Shown: positions 1 to 8,547 of the stretch, piece after piece
Layout of the letters: each line of letters begins with the position of its first letter
Numbering within the stretch: the first letter of the stretch is position 1
NCBI GenBank assembly: GCA_963843975.1
Contig: CAWJMG010000003.1
Span: 1,830,001-1,862,000, forward strand
Source of the DNA: an uncultured Actinomycetes bacterium
Lineage (GTDB): Bacteria > Actinomycetota > Actinomycetes > S36-B12 > CAIYMF01
DNA: 32,000 nt
Direction: 5' to 3'
Notes under the pieces: model-generated
Databases searched by the model: none
What the model was told of the DNA's origin: nothing
Seen by the model: only the letters and a program-made list of their open reading frames with translations
Made by a program: the position numbers and the translations under genes

Positions 1-383
1 CTGCCGCCATGGACGATCGGTTTCGCGCCTGCGTCTCATGGGGCGGCTTCGTGCAGATGGACGATTGGGACTTCGAGTATCCGATGACGAAGCTGAGCTG
101 GCAGTACGTCACCAAGTCGCCCGACCTTGATACGGCGCAGATTCGGGTCCGTGACGCTATCGACGTCCGGCCCGTGCTGTCCGGCCTGACGTGCCCGACC
201 TACGTCCTTCACGGCGCCAAGGACGAGACCCCGATCACCGAGCTAGACCTGCTCAAGGAGTTCGCCGTCAACGCCCCGATCGTGATTGACGTCGAGCCGG
301 AAGGCGACCATTGCTGCCACAACCTCGGACCGGCGCCGAGACTGAGGATGGCGGACTGGCTGGTCACGGAGCTGACGCGCTGA
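1..383 (+). CDS. alpha/beta-fold hydrolase, C-terminal fragment (5' end lies outside the window)
   Basis: The frame is open from the window edge to TGA 381-383. The tail YVLHGAKDETP...EPEGDHCCHN looks like the acid/His end of an alpha/beta-hydrolase catalytic triad region. Only about 125 aa are visible, so this is a family-level call. Confidence 0.6.
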   Translation, partial: AAMDDRFRACVSWGGFVQMDDWDFEYPMTKLSWQYVTKSPDLDTAQIRVRDAIDVRPVLSGLTCPTYVLHGAKDETPITELDLLKEFAVNAPIVIDVEPEGDHCCHNLGPAPRLRMADWLVTELTR

Positions 384-394
384 CTTCCCCATAG

Positions 395-412
395 CCGCGC
401 CGTACGGCGCGG
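395..412 (+). terminator. GC-rich palindrome/hairpin downstream of the hydrolase gene
   Basis: Perfect 18-nt palindrome ccgcgccgtacggcgcgg, 11 nt after the stop codon. There is no U-tract, which is common in high-GC actinobacteria. Confidence 0.35.
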
Positions 413-486
413 ACGGGCCAGTACCAACGACTGACCACGCGTCATCATTGGCAGCCAAGCCGGCTGCACGAACCGGAGGCCACACG

Positions 487-837
487 ATGGACGAGATCAA
501 GGCTGTTGAATCCGCAAGCGTCGAGCTGGAGCAGTGGCAGCCGGACGGCGTCACCATTCTGCAGGGTGACCCTGCGGGCCGCGGGTTCACCCTGTTCGAG
601 GACTTCACTAACGGCGCGCGCGGCACTGGTGTCTTCGAGTGCGAGCCCTCGAAGACGTCGTACGTGCTGGAGTTCAACGAGATCATCTATGTGCTCGAGG
701 GCGAGGTGACCATCGAGCTCGAGAACGGCTCGCGCGTCGACCTGCGGCCCGGCATGCAGGCATTCCTGCCGGCAGGGCACATGTCCACGTGGACCTTCCA
801 CACGAAGTTCCGGGAAGTTTGGGTCCTGGCCGACTGA
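487..837 (+). CDS. small single-domain cupin protein (DUF861/cupin_3-like)
   Basis: ORF 448-837. GGAGG about 8 nt upstream favours ATG 487 over the ORF-track start at 448. The beta-rich core (YVLEGEVTIELENGSRVDLRPG..FLPAGH) is typical of small cupins. Confidence 0.7.
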   Translation: MDEIKAVESASVELEQWQPDGVTILQGDPAGRGFTLFEDFTNGARGTGVFECEPSKTSYVLEFNEIIYVLEGEVTIELENGSRVDLRPGMQAFLPAGHMSTWTFHTKFREVWVLAD

Positions 838-868
838 GGCGGTCCCTCTCGACCCGAGCATTCCGGCG

Positions 869-909
869 CTAGCACAGCACGGCCAGATCACCTGGCCGTG
901 CTGTGCTAG
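869..909. terminator. bidirectional intrinsic terminator between the convergent cupin and purU genes
   Basis: Perfect 18-bp stem ctagcacagcacggccag (869-886) pairs with ctggccgtgctgtgctag (892-909) around a 5-nt loop. It sits between two convergent stop codons (837 and 957). Confidence 0.7.
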
Positions 910-956
910 TTCCTGGGGAGACCGCCGTGGGCTGCGTCGCGAGCGCGAGCGGCGTA

Positions 957-1811
957 CTAGCGGAACACCACGGTCTTGGATCCGTTCACGAGCACACGGT
1001 GCTCGGCGTGAGCGGTAACTGCCCGCGCTAGCGCAAGCGATTCAAGGTCTCGCCCGATCGCACTCAGGTGCGCGGCGGAGTGGCTGTGGTCGACTCGCGC
1101 AAAGTCCTGTTCGATGATCGGCCCTTCGTCGAGATCTGTAGTGACGTAGTGCGCTGTAGCACCGATGACCTTGACGCCGCGCGCGTGCGCCTGGAAGTAG
1201 GGGCGAGCTCCCTTGAAACTCGGCAAGAGGCTGTGGTGGATGTTGATCGCACGACCCGTCAAGTCGCGGCAGAGGCCCTCAGAGAGGACCTGCATGTAAC
1301 GAGCCAGAACCACCGATTGCGCGCCGTGCTCCGCGATGAGCGCTCGCAGTTCGGCCTCCGCGTCCTGCTTGGTCTCTGGGCTGACGGGCACGTAATAGAA
1401 CGGAATACCATGCCACTCGACGACGTCCCTCAAGTCCTCGTGGTTGGACACGACCGCAACGATCTGCGCGTGGATCGAGCCGATTCGGACTCGGTGCAGC
1501 AGGTCGTTCAGACAGTGCCCCTGACGGGACACCATGACGAGCATGCGGTGCGAATCGTTGGAATCGTGGATGGCCCACTCGGCATCCAGCTCCGCGCCCA
1601 CCACAGGGCCGAACTCGGCGCGGATGCTCGCCAGGCTGGAGCAGGCTTCAGCCACCGCGTGGACGCGCATGAAGAAGAGATTCGTGTCGTCATCGCCGAA
1701 CTGCTGACTATCACGGATGGTGAACCCACGGTCGGCGAGGAAGCCCGCGACGGCCGCAACGATCCCTGGCCGATCTTGGCAGGACAGGGTCAAGACCAGA
1801 TCAGCACTCAT
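957..1811 (-). CDS. purU: formyltetrahydrofolate deformylase
   Basis: ACT-like N-terminus (MSADLVLTLSCQDRPGIVAAVAGFLADRGF) plus a formyltransferase core (INIHHSLLPSFKGARPY, GATAHYVTTDLDEGPIIEQ). ATG 1809-1811 overlaps the upstream TGA 1808-1810 (ATGA coupling). I rejected the longer ORF reaching 2012. Confidence 0.85.
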   Translation of the reverse strand: MSADLVLTLSCQDRPGIVAAVAGFLADRGFTIRDSQQFGDDDTNLFFMRVHAVAEACSSLASIRAEFGPVVGAELDAEWAIHDSNDSHRMLVMVSRQGHCLNDLLHRVRIGSIHAQIVAVVSNHEDLRDVVEWHGIPFYYVPVSPETKQDAEAELRALIAEHGAQSVVLARYMQVLSEGLCRDLTGRAINIHHSLLPSFKGARPYFQAHARGVKVIGATAHYVTTDLDEGPIIEQDFARVDHSHSAAHLSAIGRDLESLALARAVTAHAEHRVLVNGSKTVVFR

Positions 1812-4258
1812 TGCCGGGGCCTTTGCGACTTCGGGTCGTACATCGGACTGAGCGATGCTCGAGCGGGGACTCGACGGCCAGCAACCTCTATCTCGAACGG
1901 CTCGGCTTCGAACCACTCGCGCGGCACAACCTCGGGTGCCTGCACCCAACCGAGCGCTACTGCACGTCCGAGTGTGTGCCCGAACTGTGCCGAAGCTACA
2001 CGGCCGACGCATCGCTGATTGCGGAAGATCGGCTCGTCGTGGAACAGAAGGGCCGCTGGATCCTCCAGGACGAACTGCACGAGTCGGCGGGCGACTCCGT
2101 CAGCCTTGATCCGCTCGAGCGCGTCGCGACCGACGAACCCAGTCGGCTTGTTCCAACTGACCGTGAAAGACAATCCGGCCTCGACCGGGTTGTCTCCAGC
2201 GGAGATGTCGTGGCCCCAGCTCCGATAACCCTTCTCAAGCCTGAGTGAGTTCATCGCGTGGTATCCCACTGGCCTGAGGCCGTGCGGTTCCCCGGCGCTT
2301 CGCAGCACGTCCCACACATGGCCGGCGCTCTCCGCCGGGATGAGCAGCTCCCAGCCCAACTCCCCGACGTAGGTGATCCTCGTGGCCCGTGCGTACGTCA
2401 GACCCAGGTCGATCTCCCTCGATGTGCCAAACGGGAACGCCTCCGAGGAGAGATCCACATCGGTTAGTGGTGCCAACAGGTTCCGCGCGTTTGGACCCAT
2501 GACCGCGAGCATCGCCAGGGTGCCGGTCACGTCGGCGACCGTGCAGAAGTCCTGCTCCGTGATGTGCCGCCTGAGGTGCGCGAGGTCCCGGCTCACCGTC
2601 GCCGGACCTGAGAGCACGAGGAACTCGTCCTGCCCAAGCCTTGTGACGGTGACGTCTGCTTCGATTCCTGCCTGGTCGTTGAGCCACTGGGTGTAGGTGA
2701 TCTTGCCCAACGCGGTGTCGACATCCGCCACGGAGAGGCGGTTGAGCACATGCACTGCGTCGCGGCCCTGGACCAGTAGCTTCCCGAAGGAAGACGTGTC
2801 GATCATCCCGACCGCTTCTCTCACCGCGGTGTGCTCGATCGCCGAGTGCACGAACCAGTTCGGTCGGCCGAAGGAGTACTCGTAGGACTTGGCGACACCT
2901 GCTGGCGCGTACCAGTTCGGTCGCTCCCATCCCACCAGCTCTCCGAAGACAGCCCCTGCCTCCCGCGTGGCTGTGTAGAGGGGACTGACCCGCAAGGGTC
3001 GTGCACTCTGTCGCTGCTGGAAGGGCCAGTGGATCTCGTACGCCAGATCCAATGTCTCAACGACGCGCTGCTCGAGGAACCGCCGGTTCGTCTCGTGCCG
3101 CTGGACACGCCCCAGATCGGTCTCCGGCAGGTCGATGGGACCTCGGCCGTCGATGATCCAGTCTGCCACAACGGATCCGGCACCCGGCCCTGACAGGAAT
3201 CCCACGGAGTTGAACCCAGCGGCGACAAAGTAGTTCCGGAGTCCGGGCGCTTCACCCAGGTGGTACTGACCATCTGGCGTGAAGCTCTCGGGCCCGCAGA
3301 AGTGCAGACGTATACCGGCGTCGGCCAGGACGGGCATGCGCTTGATCACGCGCTCGTAGTACGGAGCAAGATGATCCCAGTCCTCGGGGAGCTGAATATA
3401 GCCGTCACTGGCTGGGATACCGCTCGACGCCCACGCGTAGCTGTGAGGCTCGAAGAACCCCACCATGAGAGCGCCCGCTTCGTCCTTGACGTAGGCGTAC
3501 TCATCGCCGCTCTTGACGGTGGGCAGGTTGCGGGGAAGCCCCTCGATCTCGTCCGTGACGACGTAGTAGTGCGCCAACGCTTGAAGGGGCAACGCGACGC
3601 CCGATAGTCCACCGAACTCGCGACCCCACATTCCGGTCGCATTGACGACAAACTCGGCTTCGACGTCACCAGCCGCCGTGCGGACGCCTGTGACCCGCGC
3701 GCCTGCGGTAGTCACGTTGTCGACGGCCACGCCTTCCACGATCTGCACTCCCCTGCTGCTGGCCCCACGCGCCAGGGAGATGGTCGTATCGATCGCGCTC
3801 CCGCGACCATCCCGCGGGAAGTAGAGGCTGCCATGCAGACCCTCGCCATCGAGCAAGGGGTGCAGCTCAAGGGTCTGAGAGGCGTCGAGGATGCGACCCT
3901 CGATGTCGTTGCCTCGAACGACGCTGGCGAGATGCTTCAACTCCTCGAACCGATCGGACGAGGTCGCGAGCTGAATGGTTCCGGTCTCGACGAAGCCGGT
4001 CGAGAAGCCCGTGTCGTGCTCGAGATTCTGGAAGATGTCGAGGCTGCGTCGCACGATTTCGCGGGTTCCCCAGGTTCCCCGGGCCTGGGTGATAAGGCCG
4101 GCCGCATGCCATGTGGTGCCGGATGTGAGCGTGTTGCGCTCAAGCAGCAGCACATCCGTCCAACCTCGACAAGCGAGGTGGTATGCGATGCTCGTTCCTA
4201 CGACACCGCCGCCGACGATCACGACCTGCGCCCGAGCTGGTAGTTCTCGTCGTTCCAT
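1808..4258 (-). CDS. FAD-dependent amine demethylating dehydrogenase/oxidase fused to a GcvT-type folate-binding domain (dimethylglycine/sarcosine dehydrogenase or gamma-N-methylaminobutyrate oxidase-like)
   Basis: 816 aa starting at ATG 4256-4258, which is preceded by AAAGGGCGGG. Dinucleotide fold VVIVGGGVVGTSIAYHL. The SGTTWHAAGL motif contains the flavinylation-site His of the DMGDH/SARDH family. The C-terminal half is aminomethyltransferase-like. Confidence 0.85.
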   Translation of the reverse strand: MERRELPARAQVVIVGGGVVGTSIAYHLACRGWTDVLLLERNTLTSGTTWHAAGLITQARGTWGTREIVRRSLDIFQNLEHDTGFSTGFVETGTIQLATSSDRFEELKHLASVVRGNDIEGRILDASQTLELHPLLDGEGLHGSLYFPRDGRGSAIDTTISLARGASSRGVQIVEGVAVDNVTTAGARVTGVRTAAGDVEAEFVVNATGMWGREFGGLSGVALPLQALAHYYVVTDEIEGLPRNLPTVKSGDEYAYVKDEAGALMVGFFEPHSYAWASSGIPASDGYIQLPEDWDHLAPYYERVIKRMPVLADAGIRLHFCGPESFTPDGQYHLGEAPGLRNYFVAAGFNSVGFLSGPGAGSVVADWIIDGRGPIDLPETDLGRVQRHETNRRFLEQRVVETLDLAYEIHWPFQQRQSARPLRVSPLYTATREAGAVFGELVGWERPNWYAPAGVAKSYEYSFGRPNWFVHSAIEHTAVREAVGMIDTSSFGKLLVQGRDAVHVLNRLSVADVDTALGKITYTQWLNDQAGIEADVTVTRLGQDEFLVLSGPATVSRDLAHLRRHITEQDFCTVADVTGTLAMLAVMGPNARNLLAPLTDVDLSSEAFPFGTSREIDLGLTYARATRITYVGELGWELLIPAESAGHVWDVLRSAGEPHGLRPVGYHAMNSLRLEKGYRSWGHDISAGDNPVEAGLSFTVSWNKPTGFVGRDALERIKADGVARRLVQFVLEDPAALLFHDEPIFRNQRCVGRVASAQFGHTLGRAVALGWVQAPEVVPREWFEAEPFEIEVAGRRVPARASLSPMYDPKSQRPRQ

Positions 4259-4443
4259 GAACCCGCCCTTTCGCTTGAACGAGCCGTATTCGGGTCGCCC
4301 GCGCTCGTCGTTTCCTCGATTCGGATGGAGCGCAGACGGACGCTGTGCCGCCGAACATGGGGACGCCCAGTTCTCCACTCATCAACTCCCAGGCGGGCCG
4401 CCTGAGTTGCTATGAGGTGGCATGGGCGCGGAGAAGGCCCTAT

Positions 4444-4472
4444 GCGACGGCAGGACGTTCACTTGCCGTCGC
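4444..4472 (-). terminator. hairpin between the ABC ATPase gene and the demethylase gene (possible terminator/attenuator)
   Basis: gcgacggca pairs with tgccgtcgc as a perfect 9-bp stem, extendable by G-U and G-C pairs. It starts 10 nt downstream of the ATPase stop on the minus strand. No U-tract. Confidence 0.35.
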
Positions 4473-4481
4473 CTACACCGC

Positions 4482-5576
4482 TCAGGCTTCGGACGAGGGA
4501 GGCGCCGGAGTCGGGACCACCCAGCATGCGGTGTCCGGCCACGAGATTTCCACGGACGCGTCACTATCCGTGAGCTTGTGTCCGTCCGTCTTGATCGCGA
4601 ACTCGCCGAATGCCGTCTCGACTCGATAGTCGATCGTCGGGCCGTTGTACGACACGTCGCGGATGGTTCCGGGAATCGATGCCTCGGTGCTTGATGCGCC
4701 GATGGAGATCAGTTCGGGTCTCACGACCATCAATGCGTGACGTCCCACGTCGATGTCCGGGATCCCGTCGCATTCGAATGACCCGAGACCGTGAGCCTCG
4801 ACGCGATAGCGCGAGGCCGTCAGCTTGGCGACCACCGTGACCTCGACGTGGTTGGACGCGCCGACGAAGTCCGCGACGAACGCCGACGCCGGTCTGCGGT
4901 AGATCCCCTGAGGTGTGTCGACCTGCTCCAGGATCCCGCGATTCATGATGCCGATGCGCGACGACATCGAGAACGCTTCCTCCTGATCGTGCGTCACGTA
5001 GACGAACGTGATGCCGACCTCCCGCTGAATCTCCTTCATCAGACCCTGCATCGACCGTCGCAACTTAAGGTCAAGAGCACCCAACGGCTCATCGAGCAGC
5101 AGCACCTCGGGCTTCAGAACAAGGGCACGGGCCAACGCCACTCGCTGCTGCTGTCCCCCGGAGAGTTCCCGCGGCCGGCGCTTCTCCTTGCCCGTCAGAT
5201 GAACGAGCTCAAGGAGCTGACCAACCCGCTGCGTGGTCTCACGTTTCGCGACCTTGTGCTCTCTCAATCCGAAAGCGATGTTCTCCTCCACGGTCAGGTG
5301 CGGGAAGAGCGCGTAGTTCTGGAAGACGGTGTTGATCGGCCGCCGGTAGGGCGGGACACCCACCATGTCCCTGCCGTGAACCACGATGTGCCCGGACGTT
5401 GGAGAGTCGAGCCCAGCAACCATCCGCAGCGTTGTTGTCTTGCCACATCCGCTCGGCCCGATCAGGGAGAAGAACTCGCCGTCAGCGATATCGAGGTTCA
5501 GTTGCCGTACCGCGACGAAGTCGTCGAAGGTGCGGTTCACCTCCCGGAGGGAGATCGCGCACTTGGCGTCGTTCAT
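4482..5576 (-). CDS. ABC transporter ATP-binding protein (PotA/polyamine-opine type with C-terminal TOBE-like domain)
   Basis: Walker A GPSGCGKTT, signature LSGGQQQRVALARAL, Walker B LLLDEPLGALD. The start overlaps the upstream permease stop (ATGA at 5573-5576). Confidence 0.9.
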   Translation of the reverse strand: MNDAKCAISLREVNRTFDDFVAVRQLNLDIADGEFFSLIGPSGCGKTTTLRMVAGLDSPTSGHIVVHGRDMVGVPPYRRPINTVFQNYALFPHLTVEENIAFGLREHKVAKRETTQRVGQLLELVHLTGKEKRRPRELSGGQQQRVALARALVLKPEVLLLDEPLGALDLKLRRSMQGLMKEIQREVGITFVYVTHDQEEAFSMSSRIGIMNRGILEQVDTPQGIYRRPASAFVADFVGASNHVEVTVVAKLTASRYRVEAHGLGSFECDGIPDIDVGRHALMVVRPELISIGASSTEASIPGTIRDVSYNGPTIDYRVETAFGEFAIKTDGHKLTDSDASVEISWPDTACWVVPTPAPPSSEA

Positions 5577-6397
5577 TCCTGGTCGCCTTCAGCTTGGTCT
5601 GACCCTGTGATCGCACTAAGGACTCCGCCACGAAGACCCACGGTCGCAACGGCGGTGGCGAGGATGGCAACGGTGATGAGCATCATGAGCGCACCGATCG
5701 CGTTGGCTTCAGGCGTGATCTTGAACCGGATCAGACCCAGCAGCATCATCGGAACGGTCTCGGCGTTCGAGCCCGCCAGGAACTGAGAGAGAAGCAGGTC
5801 GTCGAGCGAGAAGGTCATGACGAGCAAGCCGCCTGCCAGCAGGGCAGGCATGAGCTGCGGCAAGGTCACCCGAAGGAAGGCTCGCAGGGGCGTCGCACCT
5901 AGATCCGACGCCGCCTGCTCGAGGGTGTCACTCATGGTGCGCAGACGGGCCTGCACGACGACGGTGGCCAGTGCGGAGAGAAAGACCGCGTGTCCCGCCA
6001 CCATCGCCGGCTGCCCGAGCGGCAGATCGAACCTTCGAAGCAGTGCGAAGAGCCCGACGGCGAGTACGACCTCCGGAAGGATGAGCCGTGAATAGACACT
6101 GAAGCCGAGAGCGGCACCCTGTCCGCGAGATGCGTGCCTGGCCCACAGCCCGGCGGTGACTGCCACCACGAGACTCACTGCCGTCGCGAGTAGAGCGATC
6201 GAGAACGACGTCACGAAGGCGTGCCTGAGTCGCGCGTCCCCCAACACCTTCGAGAACGCCCCCATCGAGAACCCACCCCAACCCAGGAGCTCCTCGTCAG
6301 CGTTGAACGCGTTGACGAAAACAAAGACGATGGGAAGAAATAGCGACGCGAGCACAAAGGCGGTCACGATGCCGAACGACAGACGGATGAGCCGCAT
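5573..6397 (-). CDS. ABC transporter permease (PotC-like)
   Basis: Polytopic membrane protein with an EAA-type loop (LEQAASDLGATPLRAFLRVTLP). It overlaps the neighbouring genes at both ends. Confidence 0.85.
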   Translation of the reverse strand: MRLIRLSFGIVTAFVLASLFLPIVFVFVNAFNADEELLGWGGFSMGAFSKVLGDARLRHAFVTSFSIALLATAVSLVVAVTAGLWARHASRGQGAALGFSVYSRLILPEVVLAVGLFALLRRFDLPLGQPAMVAGHAVFLSALATVVVQARLRTMSDTLEQAASDLGATPLRAFLRVTLPQLMPALLAGGLLVMTFSLDDLLLSQFLAGSNAETVPMMLLGLIRFKITPEANAIGALMMLITVAILATAVATVGLRGGVLSAITGSDQAEGDQE

Positions 6398-7281
6398 CAG
6401 ACCACATCCTCCCGATCTCCAAGTACGAGGCGGGCCAGCCCGAGAACGACCATCAGGAAGACGATGAAGACCATCGCCAACGCGGCACCGAACGGGTAGT
6501 TGCCCGTCTTCGTGAACTGATCGAAGATGACATTCCCGAACATGGCCGTCTTGCCACCGCCGAGAATTGCAGGGACGACGTACTCACCAGCTGCCGGGAT
6601 GGCCACGAGAAGGACGCCAGCGACGATGCCTGGGGTGGCCAGCGGAATCACGACGCGCGTCAGCACACGTCGGGGTGGTGCACCCAGGTCGGCTGCCGCG
6701 AATTCCAGACTCGGCTCCACTCGCTCCAGTGCGACGAAGAGCGGCAGGATCATCAGTGGCAGGTAGTTGACCACCATCCCGATCATGACCGATCCAGGCG
6801 TGTAGAGGATGTCCAGCGTGCCGGAACCGAGATGGAGCTCCCGCAATAGGGCCTCCACCGGGCCGCCGTTACGCAGGAGGCTCACCCATGCGTACGTGCG
6901 CACGATGAAACTGACCCAGAACGGCACGATCACCGCCAACAGCAGCAGTTGCTGACGCCGACCCTTGCATCGGCTGATGTAGTACGCGGTTGGGAAGCCG
7001 ACGAGAAGGCACAGTAGAGCGGAGGCGATCGCGATGAGCAGCGACCTGACCAACATCGCCGAGTAGACCGGTTCCAGCAGCTTGCTGTAGTTGCTCAGCG
7101 TCCACCCGAACGACACCTTGTACGTGAGTGCATCGATCTTCCCGAACGAGAACACGAACAGCAGGGCAACAGGCAGCATGAAGAGCGTCGTCCAGATGAC
7201 CACCGTCGGGCCGGCGAGCGGCCAGCGGCGCGTGCGACTCGCGCCGCGGCGAGTCACACGCACCGGTGAGGACTGCGACAT
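6397..7281 (-). CDS. ABC transporter permease (PotB-like)
   Basis: Polytopic membrane protein with an EAA-type loop (LEFAAADLGAPPRRVLTRVVIP). It has a 1-nt overlap with the downstream permease. Confidence 0.85.
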   Translation of the reverse strand: MSQSSPVRVTRRGASRTRRWPLAGPTVVIWTTLFMLPVALLFVFSFGKIDALTYKVSFGWTLSNYSKLLEPVYSAMLVRSLLIAIASALLCLLVGFPTAYYISRCKGRRQQLLLLAVIVPFWVSFIVRTYAWVSLLRNGGPVEALLRELHLGSGTLDILYTPGSVMIGMVVNYLPLMILPLFVALERVEPSLEFAAADLGAPPRRVLTRVVIPLATPGIVAGVLLVAIPAAGEYVVPAILGGGKTAMFGNVIFDQFTKTGNYPFGAALAMVFIVFLMVVLGLARLVLGDREDVV

Positions 7282-7284
7282 GGG

Positions 7285-8391
7285 TCAGGCCTTGATCTGG
7301 TTCCAAGCATCGGACATCACCTGCGTGACGTCCGGTCCGAGGTACTGGATGAACTGTGCCTGCGGCACGGTGTTGGTGATCTCCGGCTGCTTCAGTCCCT
7401 GAACATTGGGAACACCGAGCGCATCGATGAACGCCTTGTACTGGGCAGGACTGTGCTGGAAGTCCGTGAAACTCTGAACGACGTCCATGTGCTGAGTGCC
7501 CTTCACCGCCACCCAGCCTTCGATGTAGGCGACCAGTCCCTCCGGCGGGGCTACCCATGCGATGTTCGGGTTCTTCTCCATCGCGGCGGCTGTCTCGAAG
7601 TCGTAGCCCATCGTGAGATACGCCGACCCGTCGAGCAGCGACTTCGCGATGTCCAGCACCTTGAACGCCTGCACCGATGGCTTGATGGCGAGAACGGCAT
7701 CGCGTGCCTTGTTGATCTCGTCCGTGCTAGTCGAGTTCGAGGAGTAGCCGAGCATGATGAGGGCGCTGCCAATGACGTCTCGGTCGTAGTCGACGAGGAT
7801 CGTCTTACCCGGGTACTTCGGAACGACGCTCCAGAAGTCCTTCCACGTGGCGATCGGTTCCGAGACCTTGTCCTTGCGATACGCGATTCCGACCTGACCC
7901 GTATCGGTCGGCACGCCGTGCTCGAAGGCCTTCTGGAAGACGGGGAGGATAGCCGAGTAGTTGGCCATAGCAGCGGTGTCGTACGGCTGGACCAGTCCCG
8001 CCGCACCGAGCTGTCCCAGCCCGGCGGCGTCGAGGAAGGCCATGTCGTAGGCCGAGGGATTCTGGATGACGACCGACGTCGGCCCTGAGGACGACGTGAA
8101 GTCCTCGGCGATCTGAGTGATCTTGGCGCCGGGGTTCTTAGCCTCGAAGTCCTTGACCGTCGTCGGTCCGATCCAGTCGGTGAGGTTCAGGAACTTCACC
8201 TCGCCCGTGAGCGGCCCGGTGGACGTGGGACTCGCTGCGCCGGTGGTCGCCGCCGAGTCGGATCCCGACGTACCGCAGGCAGACAGCAGACCGGGCACGG
8301 TGAACGCCCCCGCCGCCAATGCTCCAGCCTTCAACATGCTTCGGCGGGAGACGCGTGCGTCCAAGAAGTTGCCAGGGCGCTGCTCAGTCAT
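7285..8391 (-). CDS. ABC transporter substrate-binding lipoprotein (PotD/PotF-like)
   Basis: ATG 8389-8391 is preceded by GGAGGA. The N-terminus carries a Tat-like SRRSMLK and the lipobox LLSAC. I rejected the upstream 186 codons of the 554-aa ORF, which run antisense into the regulator gene. Confidence 0.8.
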   Translation of the reverse strand: MTEQRPGNFLDARVSRRSMLKAGALAAGAFTVPGLLSACGTSGSDSAATTGAASPTSTGPLTGEVKFLNLTDWIGPTTVKDFEAKNPGAKITQIAEDFTSSSGPTSVVIQNPSAYDMAFLDAAGLGQLGAAGLVQPYDTAAMANYSAILPVFQKAFEHGVPTDTGQVGIAYRKDKVSEPIATWKDFWSVVPKYPGKTILVDYDRDVIGSALIMLGYSSNSTSTDEINKARDAVLAIKPSVQAFKVLDIAKSLLDGSAYLTMGYDFETAAAMEKNPNIAWVAPPEGLVAYIEGWVAVKGTQHMDVVQSFTDFQHSPAQYKAFIDALGVPNVQGLKQPEITNTVPQAQFIQYLGPDVTQVMSDAWNQIKA

Positions 8392-8547
8392 GATTCCTCC
8401 GGAGTCGCGGTTAGGGTGCGCTCTGAAGGTAGGAAGTGGATCCGAGGGCAGCATCTGCCCGGGCCAACAAGTTCCGCCCCCCGTTTGTCCGATCAGGTAG
8501 GGCTCAGGACCCTGCCCGAGCCACAGCGAAGCGTCTAGGATCTGCGC

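Noticed and set aside
4259-4443. Possible glycine riboswitch upstream of the GcvT-fusion demethylase (fragments such as CTCAGGC, GGAGAAC, CCGAATCGAGGAAAC, AAAGGGC)
   Set aside because: The conserved cores (CUCUGGAGAG, ACCGAAGGGGCAA, CUCAGGCAAAAGGAC) are absent or out of order. AAAGGGCGGG is better explained as the RBS. A covariance-model scan would settle it.
8392-8547. PmfR-type operator (GTTT-N14-AAAC, as described for pAO1) in the regulator/importer intergenic region
   Set aside because: There is a single GTTT at 8483-8486, with no AAAC 14 bp downstream. No such pair occurs in 4259-4481 or 16975-17393 either.
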